A DNA stretch of 64,000 nt from positions 65,630 through 129,629 of the forward strand of contig MGIW01000003.1 of assembly GCA_001793945.1 (NCBI GenBank), written 5' to 3'. Shown piece by piece: positions 8,120 through 17,672 of this stretch. The position numbers and the translations under genes are program-made. Each line of letters starts with the position of its first letter. Within the stretch, counting starts at the first letter, position 1. Source of the DNA: Candidatus Wolfebacteria bacterium RIFOXYD12_FULL_48_21. Its GTDB lineage: Bacteria; Patescibacteriota; Minisyncoccia; UBA6257; UBA9933. Below the pieces are notes generated by a model. It searched no databases. It was not told the origin of the DNA and saw only the letters and a program-made list of their open reading frames with translations.

Positions 8120-9112
8120 ATGCTATCTTCCGATAATCATATTTCAGAGAAACTTTTTGAAACCGACGCAGAACAAAAGCCGACCCGCGACGGGTTTGGC
8201 ACAGGCTTACTCTATCTTGGCGAGACCAATCCGGATGTCGTAGTGCTTTCCGCCGACCTTAAGGAATCGACCCGCTGTGAAGCGTTTGCAAGCAAATACC
8301 CAAACCGCTTTTTTGAGTGCGGTGTTGCCGAGCAAAACATGATCACCATTGCCGCAGGGCTCGGCGTTTCCAATAAGATCCCGTTTGCTGCATCGTATGC
8401 CGTTTTCTCTCCGGGCAGAAATTGGGAGCAGATCCGCACGACCATTGCCTATAACGACGCAAATGTAAAAATAGCCGGCCACCATGCGGGCATTTCTACC
8501 GGCCCTGACGGCGCAACCCACCAAGCAATAGAAGATATTGCTACCATGCGGGTCATGCCAAACATGCGCGTCATCGTACCGATCGATTCCCTTGAGGCGC
8601 ATAAGGCGACCGTGGCCGCTTCGCAAATATGGGGGCCGATCTATCTTCGCTTTACGCGTGAAAAGTCTTCGGTCATCACCACCGAACAGACCCCGTTCAT
8701 CCCCGGCAAGGCGTACGAGTTATGGGAATCGAAAAAACCGCAGGTCGTCATCATCGGCTGCGGACCCATTTTGCACGAAGCACTTCTTGCGGCAAAGGAA
8801 CTCGAGAAGGAAAAGATCGGCACCGTTGTCTTGAACAGCCACACCATCAAGCCGCTTGATGAGAAAAAGATTACGACGCTCGCCAAAAAATACGGCGCGG
8901 TCGTGACCGTCGAAGAGCATAGCATCGTCGGCGGCCTCGGCGGAGCCGTTGCCGAGTGCCTCGCAAAATACCAGCCCACTCCAATCGAATTTGTGGGCAT
9001 GGCCGACACCTTCGGCGAAAGCGGCGAGCCCCACGAACTGCTGAAGAAATATAAGCTGGACGCCCATGCGATCAAGGAGGCAGTGAAGAAAGTCGTTGCA
9101 CGCAAAAAATGA
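8120..9112 (+). CDS. Transketolase C-terminal subunit (split transketolase; pyrimidine-binding plus C-terminal domains)
   Basis: Homology pattern of the transketolase Pyr and C-terminal domains. 330 aa. Terminator at 9098-9130. No N-terminal subunit gene lies adjacent. Confidence 0.8.
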   Translation: MLSSDNHISEKLFETDAEQKPTRDGFGTGLLYLGETNPDVVVLSADLKESTRCEAFASKYPNRFFECGVAEQNMITIAAGLGVSNKIPFAASYAVFSPGRNWEQIRTTIAYNDANVKIAGHHAGISTGPDGATHQAIEDIATMRVMPNMRVIVPIDSLEAHKATVAASQIWGPIYLRFTREKSSVITTEQTPFIPGKAYELWESKKPQVVIIGCGPILHEALLAAKELEKEKIGTVVLNSHTIKPLDEKKITTLAKKYGAVVTVEEHSIVGGLGGAVAECLAKYQPTPIEFVGMADTFGESGEPHELLKKYKLDAHAIKEAVKKVVARKK

Positions 9113-9130
9113 CCCATGGGGTCATTTTTT
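9098..9130 (+). terminator. Intrinsic terminator after transketolase C-subunit gene
   Basis: AAAAAATGACCCATGGGGTCATTTTTTG. Confidence 0.7.
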
Positions 9131-10186
9131 GTTATACTTATCCATATGTACGACATCATTACCATAGGAACTGCAACGCGGGATGTGTTCATCAAAAGCC
9201 CGCTGTTCACCAATGTGCATGACCCGAAGCACCTAAAAAAACTCGGGTTTCTCGACGGCGACGCCACCTGCTTTATGCCGGGTGCGAAGGTAGAAATAGC
9301 CGCCCCTATTTTTGCGACCGGAGGCGGAGCGACCAATACCGCGACCACATTCGCGCGCATGGGGCTCAAATCGGCAATCATCGGCAAAATAGGCGCCGAT
9401 GACGGAGGTGAGCGCGTGCTCGCCGAATGCAAGGCGGAAGGCATCGCTTCCCGCATCATTACCGACAAAAAACTTTCCACCGCCTATTCGGTCATTCTCG
9501 TACCGCTTGCGGGCGAACGCACCATTCTTACACATCGGGGCGCATCGGACAAACTCAAGCCCGCGGACATTAGCCGCGCATCCGCAAAAACTCGCTGGAT
9601 ATACATCGTACCCGGCAACATCCCCTACCCGACCATCATGCATGCGGTCAATGTGTTTTCGAAACAGGGTAGCATGATCGCGCTCAACCCATCAAAGCAT
9701 GTGGTTGAAAAAGGATTGCGCGCGCTCAAGCCGCTTCTCGTAAAAATCGATGTACTGATCATGAACCGCGAAGAAGCCGCGACAATGACCGGCATCGCTT
9801 ATGACCGCATCGATGCCATACTCGCCGCCATCACGAGCGCGTTTGGCGGGATCGTTGCCGTGACCGATGGGGCGCATGGCGCATTCATTATGGATCGCGA
9901 GCGCCGCTATGATTGCGGAGTATTCCCCAAAAAGGCCCTTTCCGACGCGACCGGAGCTGGCGATGCCTACGGTAGCGGTTTTGTAAGCAGCCTTATTCAT
10001 ACACAGAAGACGAAAAAAGGCGCCTTTCCCGAAGATGCCATCCGCGAAGCCATCCGGGTTGCGGCCGCCAACAGCGCCTCGGTCGTTGAGCATGTCGGTG
10101 CAAAACATGGTATACTTACCCGAGAAGCAGTCCTGCGGAATCCCCGCTGGAAGAAGCTCCCGATAAAGGTATCGCCTTTAAAATAA
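9116..10186 (+). CDS. PfkB-family carbohydrate kinase (ribokinase-like)
   Basis: C-terminal DATGAGDAYGSGF matches the PfkB DTxGAGD signature. N-terminal GG-containing sugar-binding region. The true start may be Met at ~9146. Confidence 0.75.
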   Translation: MGSFFVILIHMYDIITIGTATRDVFIKSPLFTNVHDPKHLKKLGFLDGDATCFMPGAKVEIAAPIFATGGGATNTATTFARMGLKSAIIGKIGADDGGERVLAECKAEGIASRIITDKKLSTAYSVILVPLAGERTILTHRGASDKLKPADISRASAKTRWIYIVPGNIPYPTIMHAVNVFSKQGSMIALNPSKHVVEKGLRALKPLLVKIDVLIMNREEAATMTGIAYDRIDAILAAITSAFGGIVAVTDGAHGAFIMDRERRYDCGVFPKKALSDATGAGDAYGSGFVSSLIHTQKTKKGAFPEDAIREAIRVAAANSASVVEHVGAKHGILTREAVLRNPRWKKLPIKVSPLK

Positions 10187-10195
10187 TCGACGCTT

Positions 10196-10340
10196 TGTCA
10201 TTCCGGAATTTACCCGACGACAGGAGGATAAATATCCGGAATCCAGTTCAAATAATGCTTTTATTGTATTCTGCTTCTCGCAGAAGGTTGAAATGGATTC
10301 CCGTCCCCCTGCCTACCGGCAGGCAGGCGCGGGAATGACA
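10196..10340. repeat. MITE-like repeat cluster
   Basis: TGTCATTCCGGAATTTACC ... GGATTCCCGTCCCCCTGCCTACCGGCAGGCAGGCGCGGGAATGACAA. Confidence 0.6.
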
Positions 10341-10379
10341 ATACCATTATTCATCATTCTTAATTCATAATTCTTACCC

Positions 10380-10994
10380 ATGATCAACGAAGCCCAAGTC
10401 TGCCACACCAACTTAGCCTATAAGATCTGCGTTTCCGGAGCCGCGGAAACCAAGCATTGCGGAGAAAAAGCGTTTGCACTCGGCGAAGAGATAGGCCGCG
10501 AGATCACCCGCCACAATGGCGTGTGCGTTACCGGCGCAACTACCGGGTTCCCGTATTGGGCCGCCAAAGGCGCAAAGCTTGAAGGCGGTTTCGTACTCGG
10601 CTTTTCTCCTGCCTCAACCGAAAAGGAACACATCGACCGCTTCAACCTTCCGACCGACAATCACGACATGATCGTCTACACCGGTTTTCATTACAGCGGA
10701 CGAAACCTCATCCTTACCCGTTCGTGCGATGCCGTCATCATCGGCTGTGGCCGCATGGGTACGATGAACGAATTTACGATTGCGTTCGAAGACAGCAAGC
10801 CGATCGGTATTTTAGAAGGCGATTGGGAGACCGATGAAGTATTGCGGGTCATGATCGAAAAGTCCCACCGCGCGGAAGAAATGAAAGATAAGATCGTTTT
10901 CTCTTCCGATCCAAAGGAACTGCTCGACAAATTGTGCGCCATTATCGACGAGGATAAGAAGGCTACTCACGAGAGCCACACCCTCAATAGATAG
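10380..10994 (+). CDS. TIGR00725/LOG-like Rossmann-fold nucleotide-binding protein
   Basis: N-terminal SGAAETKHCGEKAFALGEEIGREI...VCVTGATTG pattern fits the TIGR00725 (LOG/DprA-like) family. ~200 aa. Confidence 0.6.
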   Translation: MINEAQVCHTNLAYKICVSGAAETKHCGEKAFALGEEIGREITRHNGVCVTGATTGFPYWAAKGAKLEGGFVLGFSPASTEKEHIDRFNLPTDNHDMIVYTGFHYSGRNLILTRSCDAVIIGCGRMGTMNEFTIAFEDSKPIGILEGDWETDEVLRVMIEKSHRAEEMKDKIVFSSDPKELLDKLCAIIDEDKKATHESHTLNR

Positions 10995-11202
10995 TGCTAT
11001 CTATTTGGCGATCTGCTGCGTTGCGGGCCCCTGGCGGTTCGGTCGCCGTGCTACTTAGTACGCCTTCCTCACCGCCTCTCCCGCGCCTTGCATCTCATCC
11101 AAATATCTAAGCACTATTATATGAAGCAGCTCGACAAGGGCTGTTTTGTTTTCGATGCACCACAAATCAAGTATACTATTACCATAGTCTTGTTTTGCTC
11201 CA

Positions 11203-12392
11203 TGATCCACTTCGTTAAAAATTCAGTTCTTCCGGCGGGGTTTCTGATTGCCAACATCATCGGCGCGGGTATGTTTGCGCTCCCTTTTGTATTTCAACAA
11301 TCCGGACTTATGCCAGGGGTTCTTTACCTCGGTTTTTTTGGCATCCTTGCCGCGCTCATACATTTGATCTACGCAGATATCATCTTACGCACCCGTGAAA
11401 CGCGGCAACAGTTTCCCGGCTACATTCGTCAATACCTCGGGAAAAATGCCGGAATGTTTGCCGGGCTTCTTGTGTTTACAACACTCCTTTTTACACTTAC
11501 CGCATATCTTGTTCTTTCGGCAAGCTTTTTACATATTCTCATTCCCACCCTTTCTCCGATCATTGCAATGCTGTTCTTTTGGGTGCTTGCGACTGTTACC
11601 ATATTCATTACCATCAAACGCACCGCTGTGTTTGATACCGTTACGGCCGGCATCACGCTTGCCGTCATCGGTGTGCTATTTATTTACTGGGGGCTTGTAT
11701 TTCCTTTTGATTCCGATGCATTCCCCATTCTTACCACAAAAAATGTCCTTGTGCCGTTTGGCCCGGTTCTTTTTTCTTTTATCGGGTTCTCGGCCATTCC
11801 CGCACTGGTCGCCTATGTCCGTAAAGAATCCGTTCCATTTTCAAATATGAAAAAGGCGATCGTTGTCGGCTCGCTTACGCCGGCCCTGTTTTATTTTTTG
11901 TATGTCGTTGCCGTATGGGGCATGTCGCCCACCGTTTCCCCTGATTCCGTTTCCGGGCTTATCGGCAATGCCCCATTTTTTATATTGCTTGCGCTGAGTA
12001 TTCTTGGATTCATATCCCTTTGGGATTCCTATTCCGGCGTAGGGCGCGACATCAATAAGCTACTCGAATACGAATGGCACATTACCCCGCCCATTGCTCT
12101 TGCGATCACAGCCGGCGCTCCGCCCGCGCTCTACATGTTTGGTTTTCAAGATTTTATTGCGCTTATTAGCGCAGTCGGCGGCATCTTGTTCAGCATTTGG
12201 GGCATTCTTATCATCTTTGCATGGAAAAAGGCGATCAAGGTCAGTATTCCGAGCGTCAAGTTTTCCGAGATCTATATCCCCGATCGCGTTTATTCTATTA
12301 TCAATGATATTCCGACATTCGTGATCGATCTTCTTGTGCTTGTCTTTGTGGGAGGGATCATTTACGAATTAGCGAGCCTGCTAACCCGATAG
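11203..12392 (+). CDS. Amino acid permease-like polytopic membrane transporter
   Basis: ~11 predicted TM helices. The ORF is open from 11088, but the likely start is MIHFVKNSVL. Family assignment (aromatic amino acid permease-like) is tentative. Confidence 0.5.
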
Positions 12393-12456
12393 CGTTCACA
12401 GTTGACCGTTCATAGTTTATAGGCATGTGCCAACTTAAAAATCTGTACCGCGAACT

Positions 12457-13410
12457 GTGAACTATGAACCGTTAACGAACTTTCATATGGAAGGCATTTT
12501 TCTATTCTATAAGCCGATTGGGTGGACCAACAAATCAATCGTTGGTTCCCTTAAACGAATATTACAGGTCGGGAAACTCGGCCATGCGGGCACGCTTGAC
12601 CCGTTCGCAGAAGGGCTCATGGTGGTCGCAATAGGCAGAAAGTTTACCCGCGGACTGCACGACCTTCTTACCGCCAGCACCAAAGAATATATCGCGACGA
12701 TTGAGCTTGGTAAAACAAGCGATACTTTCGACAACACGGGAACCATAACCGTCACCAGCTCCGATGCGCGTCCGTCTATCGACGATGTGCGGCACATAAT
12801 TGAAACCCATCTGCTGGGCGAGCGCACACAAGTGCCGCCTGTTTATTCCGCAAAGAAATTTGCCGGCAAACGCCTGCGTGACATAGCCACCAAAGAAGGC
12901 GCCCACGAACTCGCCGCATCCCGCGCCAAACAGGTAACGCTCTATGATTACGATGTCATTTCGTATTCCTACCCCCTGCTTACCGTTCGCCTTTCCGTTT
13001 CTTCGGGCTACTATATACGCACATTCGGAAACGACCTTGGCAAACTACTTGGGACTGGTGCCTACCTTACCGGTCTTAAGCGCACCCGTATCAACGGTTA
13101 TTCCGCCGATGATGCGCTTGCGCCTGACGATCTCGAACATGTCATTCAAGCACAGGGCCTGTTGCTCGGCGCCGTGCAAGGCGTCGGATACCGCTACTCC
13201 ATTAAAAACCTCGCCGAGCGATACCATTGCACCGGGTATGTTCATAATCTTCCCGATGGATCCGTTTCCTTTTTGGCACAAGGAACCGTGCGCGATGTTT
13301 CTTCGTTTTTGCAATTCGTTCTTCCGGGCCCGTTTGCATCTCGCGTCGAGGATCATTCGTTTTTGATCACGAAGCCACATGAGCTGTTTTCCGAATTTTC
13401 CGCCCAGTAA
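12457..13410 (+). CDS. truB: tRNA pseudouridine(55) synthase TruB fused to a C-terminal acylphosphatase domain
   Basis: N-terminal part has the TruB catalytic region GHAGTLDPFAEGLMVV. C-terminal ~90 aa carry both acylphosphatase signatures (LLGAVQGVGYRY and GYVHNLPDGSVSFLAQG). Confidence 0.75.
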   Translation: MNYEPLTNFHMEGIFLFYKPIGWTNKSIVGSLKRILQVGKLGHAGTLDPFAEGLMVVAIGRKFTRGLHDLLTASTKEYIATIELGKTSDTFDNTGTITVTSSDARPSIDDVRHIIETHLLGERTQVPPVYSAKKFAGKRLRDIATKEGAHELAASRAKQVTLYDYDVISYSYPLLTVRLSVSSGYYIRTFGNDLGKLLGTGAYLTGLKRTRINGYSADDALAPDDLEHVIQAQGLLLGAVQGVGYRYSIKNLAERYHCTGYVHNLPDGSVSFLAQGTVRDVSSFLQFVLPGPFASRVEDHSFLITKPHELFSEFSAQ

Positions 13411-13413
13411 ACA

Positions 13414-13600
13414 ATGTGGTTATCCTGTCATCCCGAGCGCAACGCAGCGAAGCGAAGTGAAATCGACCGCGTGCCGCCATAGCTTTAGCGGTGGAGCAGG
13501 GATCTGCACTAAAAACAGATTCCTCGGCTCCGCGGAGTACCGCGGAGTTTACCCTGAGCTTGTCGAACGGGCTCGGAATGACAATGCTGTGGGGAATAAC
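13414..13600. repeat. MITE-like repeat cluster
   Basis: TGTCATCCCGAGCGCAACGCAGCGAAGCGAAGTGAAATCGA ... CTCGGAATGACAA. Confidence 0.6.
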
Positions 13601-13661
13601 CGATAACTAATGACTAATAACGGGGCAAGAGGTTGGAGGGTGGAGATGAGAGGTTAGGGGT

Positions 13662-13860
13662 TGGGGGGTGTCATCCCGAGTGCAACGCAGCGAAGTGGAG
13701 TGAAATCGAGGGATCTGCCGAATAGGCTCGGAATGACAATGCGGAATATTATACTCCTCCACATACCGGCAAATAAAAATCTCCATTTGATAAATGGAGA
13801 TTTTTATTCCGATAGAAGTGGATTCCCGCCTCCGCGGGAATGACAAAAAGAGGTGCGGGG
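13662..13860. repeat. MITE-like repeat cluster
   Basis: TGTCATCCCGAGTGCAACGCAGCGAAGTGGAGTGAAATCGAGGGATCTG ... GGATTCCCGCCTCCGCGGGAATGACAA. Confidence 0.6.
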
Positions 13861-13871
13861 ATGACAATACT

Positions 13872-14903
13872 TTAGAAGATTCTTAATACATCCTTCACAC
13901 TCACAACCATAATCAATCCGAGTAACAGCAACAAGCCAATGCCGTTCGCATACTGCTCGAACTTTTTTGGCAATGGCGAACCTTTTATTTTTTCTATGAC
14001 AAGAAATAGTACCCGTCCTCCGTCCAATGCCGGAAACGGCAATATGTTGAATGCCGCAAGATTGACAGATATCAACGCCATGAGGCTGAGCACATAAATA
14101 AACCCCGCTTCGCTTGCATCTATCGTTACCTTCACGATGCCGATCGGTCCTGCAACATTTTCCAGACTCCCCTTGCCGACCAATGCCGACCCAACCAGCC
14201 CTGCAATTCCTTTAAATGTCCCCTCGACGATCGCTATTGATTCGATAAAACCTCCCTTCACGGCACCCCACACCCCTTGCTGTTCGCGTCCGAGCGACTC
14301 GCCCAACACAACACCCAGCGGACCCTGCCCTGCCGGCGGATCTTTGCGCGGGGTCATTTGCACTGTCAGTTCTTCGCCTGCCCGCTCAATGCGCACGGCG
14401 ACCGCTTCCCCTGCATGGCTTTTGGTAAACGCCACAAAATCATCCGATCTTGTAAAATCAACCAACCTGTCGTTCGCCTGCAACCCAGCAACGCTTGCCG
14501 GGCCTCCTTCCTGCACCTGACTGATGAACAGCCCTGCCTCTGCGCCGATCATGAACACGATCGACAACAACATCCACCCAAGCAAAAAATTCATACCGAC
14601 ACCGCCGATCAATATCAAAAACCGCTTCCATGGCGCAATGCTACCAAACATCCGTTCCTTGGGAACATCCTTATTACCCTCGTCCTCGCCGTCCTCCCCG
14701 GCGATCTTCACATACCCGCCAAACGGCAACCAATTGATGCTGTACATGGTCTCTCCGATCTTTTTGCCCCATGCGCGCGGCGGCAGGCCAAGCCCGAACT
14801 CGCCCACGAACAATCCGAATCTTTTGGCCAGCAAAAAGTGGCCCAATTCATGGACAAGGATGAGTAGCGAAAGGAATGCGATGATGATAAGAGTGGTAAG
14901 CAT
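13872..14903 (-). CDS. rseP: RseP-type site-2 zinc metalloprotease (M50) with PDZ domain
   Basis: HELGHF zinc motif in TM1, a central PDZ-like segment, a C-terminal LDGG motif. The ORF extends to 14966, but MLTTLIII is the likely start. Confidence 0.8.
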   Translation of the reverse strand: MLTTLIIIAFLSLLILVHELGHFLLAKRFGLFVGEFGLGLPPRAWGKKIGETMYSINWLPFGGYVKIAGEDGEDEGNKDVPKERMFGSIAPWKRFLILIGGVGMNFLLGWMLLSIVFMIGAEAGLFISQVQEGGPASVAGLQANDRLVDFTRSDDFVAFTKSHAGEAVAVRIERAGEELTVQMTPRKDPPAGQGPLGVVLGESLGREQQGVWGAVKGGFIESIAIVEGTFKGIAGLVGSALVGKGSLENVAGPIGIVKVTIDASEAGFIYVLSLMALISVNLAAFNILPFPALDGGRVLFLVIEKIKGSPLPKKFEQYANGIGLLLLLGLIMVVSVKDVLRIF

Positions 14904-15006
14904 GTGGGTAGCAGGTATATAGTATAAGGTATTAAGTATACAGCAGCAGTATCGCTCTGCGGGCATTAAACATACCGTATACCTTATACCCTATACGATA
15001 TACAAT

Positions 15007-15582
15007 TTACTGCTCCATGATTTCTGCCGTCTTTTTTTCGAGCAGCTGGTCGAGCTCCTTGTTTCCCCTGTCGACGACCGCCTGGATCTGCTCCTTCAGT
15101 TTGAACTTTTCGTCTTCGGTAAAATTGCCCTCATCAGCCTCGCGGGCAACGCGCTTGTTCTCATCATCGCGAAGCGAGCGAACCTTTATCTTTGCCTCCT
15201 CGATCTCCTTTTTAACCATCTTAATGATCTCTTTGCGTCGCTCGTCTGTGAGTGCCGGAAGATTGATGCGGATCGTCATTCCGTCCACATTCGCGACCAC
15301 ATTCAAGCTTGACGACTCGATCGCCTTTGCCACGACATTGACCGCACCCTTATCCCAAACCGAAATGATGATCGATGCGGGCGGCTGTATGCTGATCGCT
15401 CCCACCTGCCGTACGGTCATGCGCTGGCCATAGACTTCTACCGCTATGTCTTCCACGAGCCGCGGAGACGGTCGATTCGAGCGCACGCCCATCATTTCCT
15501 GCCGGACAAACTCTATCAAGCTCGCCATTTTTTGTTCCAATTCTTTGATAATATCCATGGGTGGGTAATTTCTAATTGCCAA
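15007..15582 (-). CDS. frr: Ribosome recycling factor
   Basis: Full-length RRF-family match. 191 aa. Confidence 0.9.
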   Translation of the reverse strand: MAIRNYPPMDIIKELEQKMASLIEFVRQEMMGVRSNRPSPRLVEDIAVEVYGQRMTVRQVGAISIQPPASIIISVWDKGAVNVVAKAIESSSLNVVANVDGMTIRINLPALTDERRKEIIKMVKKEIEEAKIKVRSLRDDENKRVAREADEGNFTEDEKFKLKEQIQAVVDRGNKELDQLLEKKTAEIMEQ

Positions 15583-15697
15583 TTTCTAATTTATAATGGC
15601 TCATTGCCAATTTCTTGCTGCCCATACTGCTTAATTTCCTATACTATAGCGTTGTTTCGGGTAAAAATCAAAATGCGGCACCTGCGCCGCATGTTGA

Positions 15698-16156
15698 TCA
15701 CATTTTTATGATATCGTACCCTTCCGGGCCAAACAGTTCCTCGTTGAAAAACTTTATTTCCGACGGCGTTATTTTATATGCCTTGCATTCAAGAGCGCGC
15801 CTTTTTATCCGCTCAAGGCTGACATCTGCCTCGATGTCGAAGTTTTCCTTACTCCAAAATGCGAGCGCCGCTCCGATCTTTTCCAAGCCTGAAAGCTCGA
15901 CCGCTTTGCCCGTTATCTGCACGCCGATCTTTTTTACCGACATTGCCTGCCTACTGTCCGCGATCGAACAGGCGACCTCGGGATTTATGGAAATGTTTTT
16001 GCAATGCTCCGTTTCTGCGTTGCTTATAAAATAAAGATTCAAATCCTTGTCTGCGGAAAAATAAACGGTACAGAGCCGCACATGATGCCCATATGTCGCC
16101 AATGACATAATCTGCTGGGTACTGAGATATTCAAAAAGTTCCTTTTTTATATCCAT
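15698..16156 (-). CDS. Pyridoxamine 5'-phosphate oxidase-like FMN-binding split-barrel protein
   Basis: Motif pattern LATYGHHVRLCTVYF...LYFISNAETEHCKNI is typical of the PNPOx-like family. 152 aa. Confidence 0.55.
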   Translation of the reverse strand: MDIKKELFEYLSTQQIMSLATYGHHVRLCTVYFSADKDLNLYFISNAETEHCKNISINPEVACSIADSRQAMSVKKIGVQITGKAVELSGLEKIGAALAFWSKENFDIEADVSLERIKRRALECKAYKITPSEIKFFNEELFGPEGYDIIKM

Positions 16157-16201
16157 TGATACAATAATGTTAGCACATATTCACAGCCTTTGCTTTGTTC
16201 T

Positions 16202-16882
16202 TCATTTCTTCGCCCTCTTTCTCTCCGCAGGGGCCTTCGGTTTCTTTGCAATGCCATATTGCTCCGCATAGCCTTCGAGCAGCCGCATTTGCAGCGGCTT
16301 GTTCAGGTTGTACCGATCCATGGCCATCTTCCTGCGAATGATCTCGTGCGCGAGTGCGGTGTTTTTATCGAGATGTTTGCGCAATGCACCCAGCGTTTCA
16401 GAAAAGAAATCTTCTCCGCCTTTTTGATCTGCCGCCGGGAAATACACTTCGTGCACGCGCGATCGAATGGTCTGCATCATGCTGTCCATGGCGTGCGCCA
16501 CCAATATGATCAGTGCATCTTTCGGCGGTTCTTCGATGATCTTCAGCAGCGCACTTTGGCCTTCATCGGTGATCGCGTCGGCCGGGCACATGACCACCAT
16601 GCGTTTCGGTGATGCGACCGGACGCTGATACAAAAAGTTTTGTACGGCGCGAACTTCATCGATACCGATGCTTTCCTTTTCAAACGGAACGACATGCAAA
16701 AAATCATTTAGAAACTTGCCCTCGCCGTCGAATGACCCGTGCTCAAGCGCTTGCGCAAACCGTTTCGCAAATTCCATAATCGCCGCTTCGTCCTCGCCAA
16801 AAAATACATAGGCGTGGAACAGTGCCTTGGTATCGATGAGGTGCTTGAAATCTTTTTCGATTTTTTTATAGAACTCGTTCAT
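16202..16882 (-). CDS. holB: DNA polymerase III delta-prime-like clamp-loader subunit (degenerate AAA+)
   Basis: HAYVFFGEDE...LLKIIEEPP...TIRSRVHEVYF clamp-loader motifs (sensor/SRC-like). The ORF's N-terminal extension overlaps a MITE, so start assumed at MNEFYKK. Confidence 0.55.
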   Translation of the reverse strand: MNEFYKKIEKDFKHLIDTKALFHAYVFFGEDEAAIMEFAKRFAQALEHGSFDGEGKFLNDFLHVVPFEKESIGIDEVRAVQNFLYQRPVASPKRMVVMCPADAITDEGQSALLKIIEEPPKDALIILVAHAMDSMMQTIRSRVHEVYFPAADQKGGEDFFSETLGALRKHLDKNTALAHEIIRRKMAMDRYNLNKPLQMRLLEGYAEQYGIAKKPKAPAERKRAKK

Positions 16883-16899
16883 AGATATTGTGCGTTCCG

Positions 16900-17075
16900 C
16901 ACGAGGTTGAACTGGATTCCGGCCTCCGCCGGAATGACAATGCAATAGATTTTGTCATTCCGAGTGAAGCGTCCGCCGGCTGGCGGAGCGAAATCGAGGA
17001 ATCTGTTTTATGTTTACATACTGCAGATCCCTCGGCAAGCTCGGGATGACAATGCGAGGGGGCGCCGGCATGGCA
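16900..17075. repeat. MITE-like repeat cluster
   Basis: GGATTCCGGCCTCCGCCGGAATGACAA, TGTCATTCCGAGTGAAGC..., CTCGGGATGACAA. Confidence 0.6.
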
Positions 17076-17139
17076 GAGAAAGGTGCTGAAATGACACGGT
17101 CCTCTTTTATCTCGCGCCTCTCATCTCATATCTCCCATC

Positions 17140-17553
17140 TCACATCCATTTCAGCACATCCTTTCCGCTTACCGGAATGGCGCTGGCGCGGACCATTTTT
17201 AGCCCGTTATATTCCTTCGGATTGTGCGATGCGGTTATCGTAATGCCTCCCGCCGCCTTGTGCTTGTTTACCAAAAAATACAGCATGGGCGTAGTTATTA
17301 GCCCTGCTTGGATGACTTGTACGCCCTTTTCTTTCTCGAGAGCCTCGATACACGCCCCGTAGAGTTCCGGCGAGCTCAGACGGGCGTCATGGCCTAAAAC
17401 GACCATCTTAAGGCCTTTTTGGGGCATTGCGAGTGCCTTTACGATGGTCGGCATCACTTCCCGCACGGTTTCTGCATTTATTTGACTGGGGTATTTACCC
17501 CGGATGTCATATGCCCTGAAGATAGACTGGTCCATATCCAAAGTATACAGCAA
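17140..17553 (-). pseudogene. Phosphoglucomutase/phosphomannomutase N-terminal domain I fragment (truncated gene)
   Basis: Contains the TASHNP phosphoserine active-site loop. Only 137 aa versus ~450 aa for intact enzymes. The C-terminal three domains are missing and MITE repeats lie immediately downstream. Confidence 0.55.
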
Positions 17554-17607
17554 GTCTGCCTTATAAAAACAGCCCTGATTACTCGGGGCTGTTTTTCAAA
17601 TAAGTGA

Positions 17608-17664
17608 TAGATTCCTCCGCCAGCCCTGCCTGCCGACAGGCAGGTGGCGGACGGGAATGACACA
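17608..17664. repeat. MITE-like repeat
   Basis: GATTCCTCCGCCAGCCCTGCCTGCCGACAGGCAGGTGGCGGACGGGAATGACA. Confidence 0.55.
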
Positions 17665-17672
17665 GCATTACT

